DNA of 64,000 nucleotides from IMG/VR virus record IMGVR_UViG_2775507244_000004. One strand, given 5' to 3'. The DNA is from a virus. Lineage: Duplodnaviria; Caudoviricetes. The position numbers were made by a program, and so were the translations under genes. Position 1 is the first letter of the stretch, and every line of letters starts with the position of its first letter. Positions 1 through 9,760 of the stretch are shown piece by piece. The notes beneath the pieces are model-generated. The model did no database searches. It was given only the letters and a program-made list of their open reading frames with translations, and was not told the origin of the DNA.

Positions 1-111
1 GACCAGATCTTGAATCGTCCATTCGGAGAGCGAGACAACTGCGGCGGCGGTCGAGAGATCCAGCAGAATCGGCGTTAGCGCCACTTTCTTCCTTGCGTCG
101 GCTTTTGCCAT
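1..111 (-). CDS. Excisionase/AlpA-like HTH protein, N-terminal part (runs off window)
   Basis: ATG at 111 after AGGAG; MAKADARKKVALTPILLDLSTAAAVVSLSEWTIQDLV resembles xis-type HTH; distal end of the leftward operon. Confidence 0.55.
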   Translation of the reverse strand, partial: MAKADARKKVALTPILLDLSTAAAVVSLSEWTIQDLV

Positions 112-139
112 CTTCGGCTCCTGAAATGAAAACCGCCGG

Positions 140-268
140 TCATGCCGGCGGTTGGTGTTTCCTGTTACGTGTGCGGTGGCTCGCGATTGCATCAGCAACT
201 CGCTCGAGCCCCTTCCTGATGTTGTGCCCGATGATCAGAGCGGCAACGATGAGGCCGATCGTGCTCAT
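140..268 (-). CDS. 42-aa small protein with hydrophobic N-terminus
   Basis: MSTIGLIVAALIIGHNIRKG...; start overlaps the stop of the upstream gene (ATGA); GGAGG upstream. Confidence 0.5.
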   Translation of the reverse strand: MSTIGLIVAALIIGHNIRKGLERVADAIASHRTRNRKHQPPA

Positions 269-720
269 GCTGCCTCCTGTTCCGCTTTCCGTTGCACATG
301 TCGCACTGCCCTAAGTTGCCGATAGGCCTCCGCGAACAGGGCGCCACTGCGCCGATTCCAGTAATCCATGCTGACCTCTGCCAGCAACTCGAGCGCCTTC
401 AGCTCCTCACCGGTGGTGCCAATCTTTCCGCGTGACTCGTAGCGCTCGCGGATGTTCTGCATGGCCACCAGGGCGACCTCTGCGGCAGTCGAGGTGCTGG
501 GGTCGGCCTTCTGCCCCGGGTATAGCGCGATGCCGAGCTGCAGCAGGTCGAGCGTGTCCGCGAGGTCATTGAAGTGCGCGGATTGCGCCCAGCCGCCGCG
601 GAATGCTTCGACGGCCATGCGCAGGCGGGTCTCGTACTCCGGGCCCAGGTTCTGTGCAATCAGTCCGGGCGCGGCCTTGGCCTTGTGGCGGATGTTGGCG
701 CCGCGCTTACGCATAGTCAC
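265..720 (-). CDS. Hypothetical phage protein
   Basis: 151-aa ORF with AAGGAG RBS, co-oriented with the early-left operon. Confidence 0.7.
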   Translation of the reverse strand: MTMRKRGANIRHKAKAAPGLIAQNLGPEYETRLRMAVEAFRGGWAQSAHFNDLADTLDLLQLGIALYPGQKADPSTSTAAEVALVAMQNIRERYESRGKIGTTGEELKALELLAEVSMDYWNRRSGALFAEAYRQLRAVRHVQRKAEQEAA

Positions 721-772
721 TTCTCCTTCGGCGCAGAAAGCGCCGGCAGAATGTTCCTCTCATATGGGAGGC

Positions 773-1774
773 TCATCCCTTTGCCTCCTTCCACTCCGCA
801 CCACGCTTCGCTTGCCCGACCGGCACAAGCGCGAAGACCTCCGCGCGCGGTGCGCCGGCACGGATCGCTCCGAGTGCGGCTTCGCGTGCCTTGTCCTCGT
901 CGTGAAGCGTGCGCGGCTTGCGCTTTGTGGCGCGCACCAGGTAGCCGACTGGTTGATCTGCCGGCGGGCTATCGTTACGCAGCCTGATTTCGTCGCGCTC
1001 GGCGTAGGCCTCGGACAGCTGCATGCGCAGTGCCTCGTTATCACTGATCGCTCGCCCGAGCTTTGCGGCTGTATCGGCCATCGCAACGGCAACGGCTTCG
1101 GCGATCTCCTGCAGGCCCATGTCAGAGGTGTCGACGTCACCGAGCACGCACGGCGCAAGCGTCTCGCTGGCAGCAATGATCTGCGCATCCATGATCTCCC
1201 TGGCGCTGTCGCGCTCGAGGATCTGCTGGCGGAGGGTGTCGCAGTTCTCGCCGCGGATGCGGTTGTTGGCTTCCAGCTGCCTGATCGCCTCGACGACGTC
1301 GCCGATGCTGTCGGCGCCGATGGCGGTCATCATTGCCCGCTCCCATCTCATGCACTCCTCTCGGTGAGCTTCGCCGAGTTCGTAGATCTTGCCGATGTGC
1401 GCGGCAAGTTCGCCCAGCATGATCTTCCCGGTCTTGTCCCCGACCGCAGCGCGGATGTCGGCGATCACAGCGAGAGCACCGGGCTCATCCGCAGCAACCC
1501 CATGATTCTGCTCAACTAGGGGAATTCCCGCTGATTGCGACGGTGCGGATCCCAGGGCTCCAGTCCCCAGTCGTGCGATCAGGCCATAGCGGGACTTGAT
1601 CCCGCGCCCGCGGCCCGGAACATGCTCGAGGTTGCCGAGCCCTGCGATTCGCCTCAGTTCGGCGCGCACAGCCTTCTCATCGAGGCCGGTTGCCTGCTCG
1701 ATCTCTTCAGAAGTGAGCATTCCAGGGGCGGCGTCGAGCGCCTGCTCGACGGTGAGGTGTTCGCGTGCGTTCAT
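773..1774 (-). CDS. Phage protein with N-terminal winged-HTH-like segment and coiled coil
   Basis: LTSEEIEQATGLDEKAVRAELRRIAGLGNLEH is wHTH-like; heptad-rich middle. Confidence 0.7.
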   Translation of the reverse strand: MNAREHLTVEQALDAAPGMLTSEEIEQATGLDEKAVRAELRRIAGLGNLEHVPGRGRGIKSRYGLIARLGTGALGSAPSQSAGIPLVEQNHGVAADEPGALAVIADIRAAVGDKTGKIMLGELAAHIGKIYELGEAHREECMRWERAMMTAIGADSIGDVVEAIRQLEANNRIRGENCDTLRQQILERDSAREIMDAQIIAASETLAPCVLGDVDTSDMGLQEIAEAVAVAMADTAAKLGRAISDNEALRMQLSEAYAERDEIRLRNDSPPADQPVGYLVRATKRKPRTLHDEDKAREAALGAIRAGAPRAEVFALVPVGQAKRGAEWKEAKG

Positions 1775-1788
1775 TTCGTTCGTCCATG

Positions 1789-1813
1789 AAAAAGCCCGGC
1801 GCGGGGCCGGGCT
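1789..1813 (-). terminator. Intrinsic terminator
   Basis: GCCCGGC/GCCGGGC hairpin followed by T-run on minus strand. Confidence 0.6.
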
Positions 1814-1836
1814 CGGTGGTGTGGGTTAGGGGCTGA

Positions 1837-2064
1837 TCAGGCGTCGCGTTTGCGCAGGGCTTCGACAACCGCGGCGGACTGCTTCTCGGTGCCATAGGCG
1901 ATCGCCAGTAGTTTCTGCACCGTCTTCGGGATGTTCCGGCCGGATTCGTAGCGGCTGCCGCCGCTCTGCGTGATGCCGAGGGGCCACCAGAACTCCATCT
2001 GGTTCATACGGAGCTTTTTGCGGATCGCGAGCACTTCCTCGCCGGTGTAGTTGGGGGCCTTCAT
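1837..2064 (-). CDS. XRE-family HTH protein
   Basis: IRKKLRMNQMEFWWPLGITQSGGSRYESGRNIP HTH pattern. Confidence 0.85.
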   Translation of the reverse strand: MKAPNYTGEEVLAIRKKLRMNQMEFWWPLGITQSGGSRYESGRNIPKTVQKLLAIAYGTEKQSAAVVEALRKRDA

Positions 2065-2666
2065 GCTGCTTCCTTCATGTCGATGATGTTGAAATATACG
2101 TCCCTGCAGGCGAGTACGTCAGCCATTGCGCTGTGTGCGTTCTCGAGCTCGCGGCCGGTGAGGTGACGGTAGGCCTCGCTCAGGTTCGGCGTCTTGTGGT
2201 GGAAGCGCTTGGCGGCCTTCATTTTCTCGGTCGGCGGCAGGGCACAGATGGGCGTTGCCAACCGGGCGGTGCACTCCGCGCGACCTTCCTTCCACACGTC
2301 GAGTTCGCCACATTCGAAGCGGTGTTGGGCGATGCGGATGATTCTGGCGTCGAAGCTCTCGTTGTGCCCGACACGAAAATCGGCGGCGTGCCACAGGTCC
2401 ATGAAGAGCCCGAGCGCAATGCTCTCGGACACGCCGACGGTGATTGCGCGCTCGGTCGTGATGCCGTGCACCGCCGCGACATCGGCGGGAATCGTCCAGC
2501 CATCGGGGCGCACGATCACGTCCATGCTGGCGATGGACTCGCGCGTGTCGGGATCGACCAGAAGGGCAGCGAGTTGGACGATGTGGGGCTGGTCGGGGTG
2601 ATCGCTGGGTTGATTCCACAACGGAAGCGATTGCGTCTCCGAATCGTAGAACAGGATGGGTTTCAT
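2061..2666 (-). CDS. DEDDh 3'-5' exonuclease (DnaQ/epsilon-like)
   Basis: FYDSET (ExoI), VGHNESFD (ExoII), HSAMAD (ExoIII). Confidence 0.9.
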   Translation of the reverse strand: MKPILFYDSETQSLPLWNQPSDHPDQPHIVQLAALLVDPDTRESIASMDVIVRPDGWTIPADVAAVHGITTERAITVGVSESIALGLFMDLWHAADFRVGHNESFDARIIRIAQHRFECGELDVWKEGRAECTARLATPICALPPTEKMKAAKRFHHKTPNLSEAYRHLTGRELENAHSAMADVLACRDVYFNIIDMKEAA

Positions 2667-3271
2667 AGGTGTTGCTCCTTCTTCCTGGCCCAGTAGGCCA
2701 ATTTGGCAGCACGAATTCGTTCCTTCGCGCTATCGGACATGGGCCGCCCCTTGCCGGATGGCGGGACGGACTTCGGCAATGCGCCGGACGAAATTAGCGC
2801 TCGGCGAGTCGAAGACATGCGCGCCTTCGCCTCTTCGGTGTGCTTCCTGCCTGTCCAGTTGGGAGGCGGAGGAGGCGGGCGCACCCCTTCCGAGATGGCC
2901 CGCTTGAGGCCCGCACTGATGCGCTGCTTCGCTTCAGCGGTGTGCTTTGCACCTGTCTTGTGGTGGCGGTTGTGCTCGGCCGGCGTCAGCCGCTCAATGT
3001 TTCCGGCGGCATCGTTGCCGCGGTCCTCATCGTCGTGGTGGGCATGCTCTTCCTGCGTGAGGGCGCGCCCGAGCTTCGACGCCAAGATCACGCGATTGCG
3101 ACGCACGTAGCAGCCACCGTGAACCACCTTCACGCCATCGAAGAACGGGTGAGGCCGTATGCGCACGCGCCAGTACCTATTGGCGCCGCGCGGCGGGTAT
3201 TCGCCGATGACCTCGATGCCGTGCGGCAGAACGTAGAGCGGCGGCTTGGGCGGTCGGCCGGTCTTGCTCAT
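2663..3271 (-). CDS. HNH endonuclease with NUMOD3-like repeats
   Basis: HAHHDDEDRGND...NIERLTPAEHNRHH; repeated KHTAEAKQRIS/KHTEEAKARMS. Confidence 0.85.
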   Translation of the reverse strand: MSKTGRPPKPPLYVLPHGIEVIGEYPPRGANRYWRVRIRPHPFFDGVKVVHGGCYVRRNRVILASKLGRALTQEEHAHHDDEDRGNDAAGNIERLTPAEHNRHHKTGAKHTAEAKQRISAGLKRAISEGVRPPPPPPNWTGRKHTEEAKARMSSTRRALISSGALPKSVPPSGKGRPMSDSAKERIRAAKLAYWARKKEQHL

Positions 3272-5073
3272 GCTGCCTCCAGGGCTTGCTGGTTGGTGTG
3301 GGTGGCAATCAGGGTGCCGCGCTCGATCCAGTGACTTGCGATATGCGCCGGCAGTGCGGCGGCCGCCGGGGCGCTCTTGAGCGTCGCCAGCACGATGGCG
3401 GAGCCGATCTGCCCCGCCTCAGCCAGGTCAGAGAGCCAGAACAGCGCGTCCTCGCGGCCGGTGGCGTCCAGCACGTCCAGCCGATCCAGCACGACGAACC
3501 GCAGGCCTGAGAGCTGCGCAATCGTGAGCGCGATCAGCGCATCGGCACGCCAGCGCTCGCTTTCAGAGCACAGGCTGTAGGCCCGCCCCCCAACCGTGAT
3601 GAGCATGTCGGGACCGATGCGCGGTGGCTGCCACTGCGCGAGTGCTGCATGTTCGGCCAGCGTTGCGTTCAGCGGGTCCAGCGCTTCGGCGATCATCTCG
3701 GCCTGGATGCCGTCGGGCGATAGGGCGTCTGCGATGGCCAACCACTGCTGCACGTCGGCGTGGTGGCGGGCGGCGTCTTCGATCTGCTGGGCGCGGCGCT
3801 CGGCGTCTCCGGCTGCCTCACGGTACTTGCGCTCATCTGCGCGCCACTCGTCGCGCTTGGTGGTGAGTGCGCGCAGCTGCTCCTCGATGTCGCCGACGCT
3901 GGCCCGCGCTTCGAGCGGGGTCTTCTCGAGCTCGGAGAGTTCGGCGGCTGCAGCCTCTGCGGCGGCCAGGTCTCGGCGGGCGTTGGCGGCGCCGGACTCG
4001 GCCGTCTGTAGGCCTCGGCGGATCTCGTCGGCGCGGGCCGGGTCGCCGGGCTCCGTGTTCGGGTCACCGTGGAGCTTGCGGTACTCGGCGAGGTGGGCGT
4101 TTGCGCGGTTGGTGAGTTCGGGGTCAACGTCATCAGCAACTGCCACGAACTCCGCGGTTACGCTCGCCAGCCCACGCAGCAGGTACGAGCCGGGTGCGCG
4201 CGGGTCTTCGCCACCGCCGGCCGCCGCGAGCTGCGCGCGGCAGGCTTCGACGTTCTCCTCGGCGGTCTTGAGCCGGTCGCGGATGCGATCGGCCATCTTG
4301 GCCTGATCGCGCAGCCGTTCACGGCGGATCGCCTCGGCCTCGAATGCTTGGCGGGCGGCCCGCGCTGCGCCGATCTGCTGCTGCAGGCTGGCGATCAGCA
4401 CCTCGCACTCCCCAACTTGGGCGCGGGCATGGTCGGCCTTCTTCGCCGGGTCGCCGGATACATCAACCGCGGCCGGCTGCCAGCCTTCGGCCTTCTTGTC
4501 GCCGTAGGCTTCGCCGGTCACGGCCTTCCATGCACCGCGGGCCTGAGATGCCAGTTCCTTGGCGTGCTTCTCGCCCGCAGCGAAGCCAGCGCGCAGCACC
4601 GGCAGCACGGCGGAGATCTTCTGCTCGTCCAGGCCTTTGCGCGTCAGGCGCTCGCCAATGGCCTTGTGGCTGGAATCGATGCCCAGCAGGCTGAACAGGA
4701 AGGCGCGGCGCTCGGTATCGGTCAGACGTGCAAGCCGAGACGGGTCGAGGACGAAGGGGAGGGCTGCGTGTGGCTCGGTGCCGGCGGCGCCGTCGGTGAT
4801 CTTTCCGGCCTTGGAGATGGTGACTTCGAAGTCGCGCTCGTCGGTCTGCACGAACACCCGGGCGTTCGTCGCCCCTTCGCTGATGAGCGCCGCGGCTTCG
4901 CCCTTCTTCGAGATGCGGCACAGATCGGCGGTGAGCGCAAAGCTGATCGCGTCACGCAGCGACGACTTGCCGGTGCCGTTCATCCCGGACAAGATCGTCA
5001 CGGGCTGCATGAGCGGAAGGTCTATGGTTCGCGCGCCCAGAAAGTTCTGGACGGCAATGTGATGGATTTTCAT
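3268..5073 (-). CDS. SMC/Rad50/SbcC-like ABC ATPase
   Basis: Walker A GMNGTGKS, long coiled coil, signature-like LCSESE, Walker B-like VVLDRLD. Confidence 0.85.
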   Translation of the reverse strand: MKIHHIAVQNFLGARTIDLPLMQPVTILSGMNGTGKSSLRDAISFALTADLCRISKKGEAAALISEGATNARVFVQTDERDFEVTISKAGKITDGAAGTEPHAALPFVLDPSRLARLTDTERRAFLFSLLGIDSSHKAIGERLTRKGLDEQKISAVLPVLRAGFAAGEKHAKELASQARGAWKAVTGEAYGDKKAEGWQPAAVDVSGDPAKKADHARAQVGECEVLIASLQQQIGAARAARQAFEAEAIRRERLRDQAKMADRIRDRLKTAEENVEACRAQLAAAGGGEDPRAPGSYLLRGLASVTAEFVAVADDVDPELTNRANAHLAEYRKLHGDPNTEPGDPARADEIRRGLQTAESGAANARRDLAAAEAAAAELSELEKTPLEARASVGDIEEQLRALTTKRDEWRADERKYREAAGDAERRAQQIEDAARHHADVQQWLAIADALSPDGIQAEMIAEALDPLNATLAEHAALAQWQPPRIGPDMLITVGGRAYSLCSESERWRADALIALTIAQLSGLRFVVLDRLDVLDATGREDALFWLSDLAEAGQIGSAIVLATLKSAPAAAALPAHIASHWIERGTLIATHTNQQALEAA

Positions 5074-6326
5074 GCTGCAAGTACCTCTCGAGAGCCATCC
5101 GCACGCATGGCGGAGACAATGCCGTCACGCTCCATCTGCTCGATGAGGCGTGCAGCGCGGTTGTAGCCGATTCGCAGATGACGCTGGACCAGGGAGATTG
5201 AAGGTCGGCGTTGCTCGAGCACGATCCGCTTGGCGTCTGGATACAGCGGGTCGTGCTCGTTCCCCGCGCCAACGATGACCCGGCCGTCTCCGGTGCTGAA
5301 CGTCATGCTGCCGCCATCAGCTGCAACACCCTCGGCCAGCTTCTCGAACGCCGAACGCACTTCACGCCGTAGATCACCGGTGCTACGGCCAGGGTCTGCG
5401 CCCCCGTTGGCCATGTCGACGAGATCGGGATCACCCTTTTTCGCCAGGCCACCCAACTCGCCGACCAGCGCCTCCAGCGCGCCCTCAATCTCGGCGGCGA
5501 CCAGCGTGAAATCGGCGTCGAACTTCGCGACCGCGTCGTCTGCTTCGTCCTGACCCGCGGTCACGATGTCGAGCAACACGATCCGCTTGAGTTCGAGCCG
5601 GTTCGTCAGGATGAAGCTGATGCGGTCATCGAACGTGAGGCCGAGCAGGGTGGGCGCTCGACCAATGGAAAGCTGGTACTGCACGTCCTCGCCGGACAGA
5701 TCCCAGTTGGAGTAACGGACGATGCCCTCGTCCTCGGCGAAGGAGACGAGTTCGCAGTCGGAGTCGATCGTGAAGCGTGCTGGGGCCTCGTTGTCAGCGA
5801 GCCAGCCGAGCATCGCGCGGGCGGGGTTGATTTCGGTGCTCAGTAGCGCGACCGGCATCGTGTCGAGCGCGTGTCGCATGTCCTGGAGCACATCCTCCGC
5901 ACGCTTTGCACTTGTCGCGTCGATGATCAGCCAGCCGCGATCCCTGTTGATCCACGCGAGGGTGCGTCGCTTCTTGGTGAAGGCCTGCGGAAGCAGCTCG
6001 GCAATGACCTCCTCCTTGATGGTTTTCCGTTGGGATCGCCCAGGCTTGTAGCCTTGCTGTTGCTCGATCTCCTCGCACTTGATCTCGACGTACTCGGTGA
6101 CGACCGAGGCGGGAAGGATCTTCTCCTCGTGCTGATGGCAGAAGAGGTAGCGGCCGGCGATGGCCTCGCACAGTTCGGCGTCATCGCGTGGCGGCACGAA
6201 GCCGGTATGCACGGTGTCCAGCGGGCCGCATCCCTGAAACTTGCGGCGAGACAGCAGATCTGCCGTCTCATTCGCAAGATGCGGCCAGCCGTGCGGTAAG
6301 GGGTAGGCAACAATGTTGCGGATCAT
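5070..6326 (-). CDS. rdgC: Recombination-associated protein RdgC fused to C-terminal FtsK gamma domain
   Basis: [10 protein letters not shown]...[20 protein letters not shown] (RdgC); [11 protein letters not shown]...[30 protein letters not shown] (FtsK gamma). Confidence 0.92.
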   Translation of the reverse strand: MIRNIVAYPLPHGWPHLANETADLLSRRKFQGCGPLDTVHTGFVPPRDDAELCEAIAGRYLFCHQHEEKILPASVVTEYVEIKCEEIEQQQGYKPGRSQRKTIKEEVIAELLPQAFTKKRRTLAWINRDRGWLIIDATSAKRAEDVLQDMRHALDTMPVALLSTEINPARAMLGWLADNEAPARFTIDSDCELVSFAEDEGIVRYSNWDLSGEDVQYQLSIGRAPTLLGLTFDDRISFILTNRLELKRIVLLDIVTAGQDEADDAVAKFDADFTLVAAEIEGALEALVGELGGLAKKGDPDLVDMANGGADPGRSTGDLRREVRSAFEKLAEGVAADGGSMTFSTGDGRVIVGAGNEHDPLYPDAKRIVLEQRRPSISLVQRHLRIGYNRAARLIEQMERDGIVSAMRADGSREVLAA

Positions 6327-6329
6327 GGG

Positions 6330-6530
6330 TCAGTCCTCGTCGTCGGCGATTCGCTCGAGCTGCGAGCGCTGGGCGGCGCTGATGAACATGCGCCGGCCGT
6401 ACTGCCGGTAGCGCTCCTTCATGTCAGCTACGAACTGCTCCTCCCAGTCGTTGCCGGCGTTTGCTTCGGCGTCATCGAGCAGTACTTCGAAGTCGCCCTC
6501 GATGTAGTGGTCCTGAACGGTTTCGCTCAT
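6330..6530 (-). CDS. Small phage protein (66 aa)
   Basis: MSETVQDHY... with GAGGA RBS. Confidence 0.65.
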   Translation of the reverse strand: MSETVQDHYIEGDFEVLLDDAEANAGNDWEEQFVADMKERYRQYGRRMFISAAQRSQLERIADDED

Positions 6531-6627
6531 GGCGTCCTCGGGTGTTGGGTGGGGCTGCGCTCGGCGACCGGGCGCTCCTGCGAACGCGTCTTGGCGAATG
6601 CTCGCCCTCCGCAGCCCCGGGGATCGG

Positions 6628-7809
6628 TCAGTCGAGGCCCAGCCCGCCCTGACCGCGCTGGCGGCCGCGGCCACGTGCAGGCGATTCGTCTTGCTGGCCG
6701 CCTTCCAGGTTGGCGATCGCCGTCTCGATCTGCTGGCGCTGGGCGTCGGGCAGCTTGCGGGCAATGTCGCGCGCGATGTCGAAGTCGCCAGCGCGCACCG
6801 CAGCGTGAGCGTCGGCGAAGCCTGGGGCGCCGTCGTCCTGTTGCTGAGTGGCGGCCGACTCGCGGATCTCGCCCGTCTCGGCGTCGACGTGTTCTGCCGC
6901 TCGGACGCGTGCCTGCATCGGGATGGCGTTCGACTGTTTCTGTTCGACCTGGCGGAGCTCGTCGTCCTGCGGATCGAAGCCCTCACTACCGATCGGCGCC
7001 TCGTCATCCGCGACGACCGAGAACTCTCCGTCGAAGGTGTCGAGCTGCTGATCGCGACCGGCCTCGGCCATGCCGTCGAGTGCGGCGGCGGTCTGAAACT
7101 CGATGGAGAGCGGCAGATACTTCGCGAGCCGGCGGATCACCGTCTTGCGGCCCATCTCCACGAAGTGATCCTTCCAAGGGCCGTACTTGCCCTTGCTCTG
7201 GGTGGCCGCCATGATTTCGCGCACCTGGTGCAGGCTCATGAACTCGAAGCAATGACCGCCGTCCTTGAGCTTGGCCACGGCGTAGAAGCCGATGATGTCG
7301 CCTCGCTCGCCGAGCGCGGGCTTGTGCTCGAGCTTCTCGTCCAGCCCGTAGACCATGTCGAAGTGGTCGGCCACGCAGACCTCGTGCGCAGCGATGCTGA
7401 CGATCTGACCACTGCGGCGGGCGAGGTCGATCAGCCCCTTGTAGCCAATGATGACTTGCACCGAATTGACCCAACGCTCATTCCCGTTGGCGTCCTTGCG
7501 CTTGGTGTTGAACGGCACCAGGTAAGCGTGACCGAGCACGGTGTTCGGCTCGAGGCCCATCTGCGCGCACTGACCGATCGCACCGATGAGGCTCGGGACG
7601 TCACACTTCGCCAGGGCCGGCGTCGTCGTGGCGGCGATCTGCGCGACTTTGAGCAGGCGCTCGGCGTTCAGGTGCTTGGGCAGCATCTTCTGGATCTCTG
7701 CTTGCCGGCTCTTGAGCAGGTAGGCGATCTGGTCCTTCGGCTTCATCTCCGCGAGATTGCGTTGCTGCTGGCCTTGCTTCAGTTCGGCGAGGTTGGCGTG
7801 GGTGCTCAC
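6628..7809 (-). CDS. recT: RecT-family single-strand annealing recombinase
   Basis: AQMGLEPNTVLGHAYLVPF, IIGYKGLIDLARRSG, PWKDHFVEMGRKTVIRRLAKYLP; GTG start overlaps upstream stop. Confidence 0.95.
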   Translation of the reverse strand: MSTHANLAELKQGQQQRNLAEMKPKDQIAYLLKSRQAEIQKMLPKHLNAERLLKVAQIAATTTPALAKCDVPSLIGAIGQCAQMGLEPNTVLGHAYLVPFNTKRKDANGNERWVNSVQVIIGYKGLIDLARRSGQIVSIAAHEVCVADHFDMVYGLDEKLEHKPALGERGDIIGFYAVAKLKDGGHCFEFMSLHQVREIMAATQSKGKYGPWKDHFVEMGRKTVIRRLAKYLPLSIEFQTAAALDGMAEAGRDQQLDTFDGEFSVVADDEAPIGSEGFDPQDDELRQVEQKQSNAIPMQARVRAAEHVDAETGEIRESAATQQQDDGAPGFADAHAAVRAGDFDIARDIARKLPDAQRQQIETAIANLEGGQQDESPARGRGRQRGQGGLGLD

Positions 7810-8231
7810 TTTGACTTCTCCTTTCTGGATCTCTGATAGGCGGCAGCGCATGCCTTGTGGTAGTGCTTGCCCTGGGTGTTCATCGTCATTGCTGCTGGTT
7901 CGTCATAGCGTCTGCAGTAAACGCAACGCCTGGCGTTCGCATTTCCTGTTGCCGTGAGCGCGTCCTGCCGCGTGTGGATCAGGCGGTGATAAGCGTCGGT
8001 GCAGATCAGCAGGTTCTCAGGCCGGTTGTCGGTACGGACGCCGCTGATGTGATGCACGACCTCACCGCGTTTCAACGGTCTGCCGAGCACTCTTTCTGCG
8101 GCTAGGCGGTGTTCCAGTTGAAACTTGCCTGCGCCGCGCACCCGGACGTATCCGTCCTTGTCGATCACGGTGCCGCCCTTGAAGGTTGCTGAGTTCTCGC
8201 CGCTCGGCATGCGTTTTGCGGACCTAGTCAT
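7806..8231 (-). CDS. HNH endonuclease
   Basis: EHRLAAERVLGRPLKRGEVVHHISGVRTDNRPENL; C-terminal CxxC/HxxC. Confidence 0.9.
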   Translation of the reverse strand: MTRSAKRMPSGENSATFKGGTVIDKDGYVRVRGAGKFQLEHRLAAERVLGRPLKRGEVVHHISGVRTDNRPENLLICTDAYHRLIHTRQDALTATGNANARRCVYCRRYDEPAAMTMNTQGKHYHKACAAAYQRSRKEKSK

Positions 8232-9045
8232 GGAAGCTGCACGTCGAGAAGCGTGGGCAGTACTTCTCGCTACAAAGAAGGCTGCGCGGATTCGGATAAA
8301 ACCGGCCGGTCTTGAACATCTCCGCTGCGAACTCGATGAGGCCCGGGTGTTCGTCGGTACCGACCATCACGCGTTTGCCGTTGCGGATCGTTCCTGTCGC
8401 GATCTCGGGCGTGCCCTTGGTCTTGAGTCCGATGATCTCAGCGTCGTCGGTGATGGGTTGGCCAGTCGTGTGCTCGTACAGGAGCTCATAGGTGCCGATC
8501 TGCGGGCCGTGGCCCTTGGTGACCGCGGCGCCCTTCTGGACAGCTGCGGATCCGCTCTTGAGGTCAGCGATCCCGACGCCTTTACCAAGGCGCCGAATCC
8601 GGGCGCGGTCCATGGTCCCGGTCAGGCGCACGACCACGCCGCCGCCGCAGTCGATATCGAGCGGCTTGGTCTCCATCTCGACGGCGATGAAGTCGTAGTT
8701 CGGCGAAACCTCGGTGCAGTACTTCGAGACAAGAGCGAGGCCTACGCGCTCGGCCTCGGACATGGTGATGTCGTCCCGAGCGGGGTCGAACTCGTTCTCC
8801 GGGTCGCGCAGCGTGTCCACCATGGCGCCGGCCGCGTCATCAGCGGTCAGCCCCGACCCATCAAGGCGCGACTGGTCGAACACCGCGGTACCCGCATGGA
8901 TGGCCGTGCCAAGCGCTGCCCGAAGCCCGACCACGTTTCGGAGCTTCAAGAGGTGGATGCCCTCCCACCGGTAGGCGCAGTCGAAGAGCCCTGCCCAGGA
9001 CGATGCGCGGACGGTGAGGGACGGGAGCGTCTCGGGGGGGGTCAT
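8224..9045 (-). CDS. PD-(D/E)XK RecB-like exonuclease, likely RecT partner
   Basis: LTGTMD...IADLKSG, QIGTY, Cys pattern C...CSEKYCPRFSTC. Confidence 0.85.
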   Translation of the reverse strand: MTPPETLPSLTVRASSWAGLFDCAYRWEGIHLLKLRNVVGLRAALGTAIHAGTAVFDQSRLDGSGLTADDAAGAMVDTLRDPENEFDPARDDITMSEAERVGLALVSKYCTEVSPNYDFIAVEMETKPLDIDCGGGVVVRLTGTMDRARIRRLGKGVGIADLKSGSAAVQKGAAVTKGHGPQIGTYELLYEHTTGQPITDDAEIIGLKTKGTPEIATGTIRNGKRVMVGTDEHPGLIEFAAEMFKTGRFYPNPRSLLCSEKYCPRFSTCSFHD

Positions 9046-9260
9046 GGTTGCGCCTCGGCGATGACAGCGTGCGGCTCTCCGCACTCGATCCCGTACTGAC
9101 GGGCTACCTGCGCAACTGCGATCGCTGCTTCCGCATCGGCCTTGGCGATCAGCATCTCGGTGTGCGCGTCGTGCGCCTCAAGCGCGCCATATCCAGCGAA
9201 GATCAGGGCGACTCCAAGCCAGGCAGGCCAACGCGGGGCGGGTTTCTTGTTGGGGTTCAT
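9042..9260 (-). CDS. Small membrane protein (start could be 9350)
   Basis: MNPNKK...WLGVALIFAGYGAL hydrophobic segment; stop overlaps next start. Confidence 0.55.
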   Translation of the reverse strand: MNPNKKPAPRWPAWLGVALIFAGYGALEAHDAHTEMLIAKADAEAAIAVAQVARQYGIECGEPHAVIAEAQP

Positions 9261-9349
9261 GTTCTCTTCCTGGGAACGGTTGATTCCTACACATCGCGCC
9301 ACCAGCAGCCCGGCGGCGAGCCACATCACTGCAAGTAGCGCGGCGCTCA

Positions 9350-9718
9350 TCACGCAGCCATCCGATCGGCGACGGCCTCAGCCTCAGCCAGGCGCTTGTC
9401 GCGCTCGAGTTGCTCGCGGGCCTTCTCTCGGCACCTGGCATCGAGGTAATCGCGTGCCTGACCCATGAGCAGCGTCCCGACGTGCGCGTCGCCGACGAAG
9501 GCGGCGCACATCAGCAGCTGCATGTCTTCGTGGTCGTAGGTCGCAAGCACCTCCGTCAGCGCCTCGGCAAGGGCAGCGCCGCGGATCGGGGTGCCGACCT
9601 CGCGATCCCAGATCTGGTCGGCGATGGCGTCGATCGCCTCGTCCTCGGCGATCGAGTCGTCCAGTTCGGCGTAGTGAGTGGCGAGCGCGCGCCGCTCGTA
9701 GGCTTCCTGAAGGCACAT
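9350..9718 (-). CDS. Hypothetical phage protein, first gene after the pL leader
   Basis: MCLQEAYERR... with GGAG RBS; acidic helical protein. Confidence 0.7.
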   Translation of the reverse strand: MCLQEAYERRALATHYAELDDSIAEDEAIDAIADQIWDREVGTPIRGAALAEALTEVLATYDHEDMQLLMCAAFVGDAHVGTLLMGQARDYLDARCREKAREQLERDKRLAEAEAVADRMAA

Positions 9719-9730
9719 GTCGTACTCCGG

Positions 9731-9760
9731 AAAAAAAAGAGGCCCGCACGAAGGCGGGCC
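9731..9760 (-). terminator. Intrinsic terminator at end of pL leader (tL1-like)
   Basis: GGCCCGC-N5-GCGGGCC followed by TCTTTTTTTT on minus strand. Confidence 0.8.
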
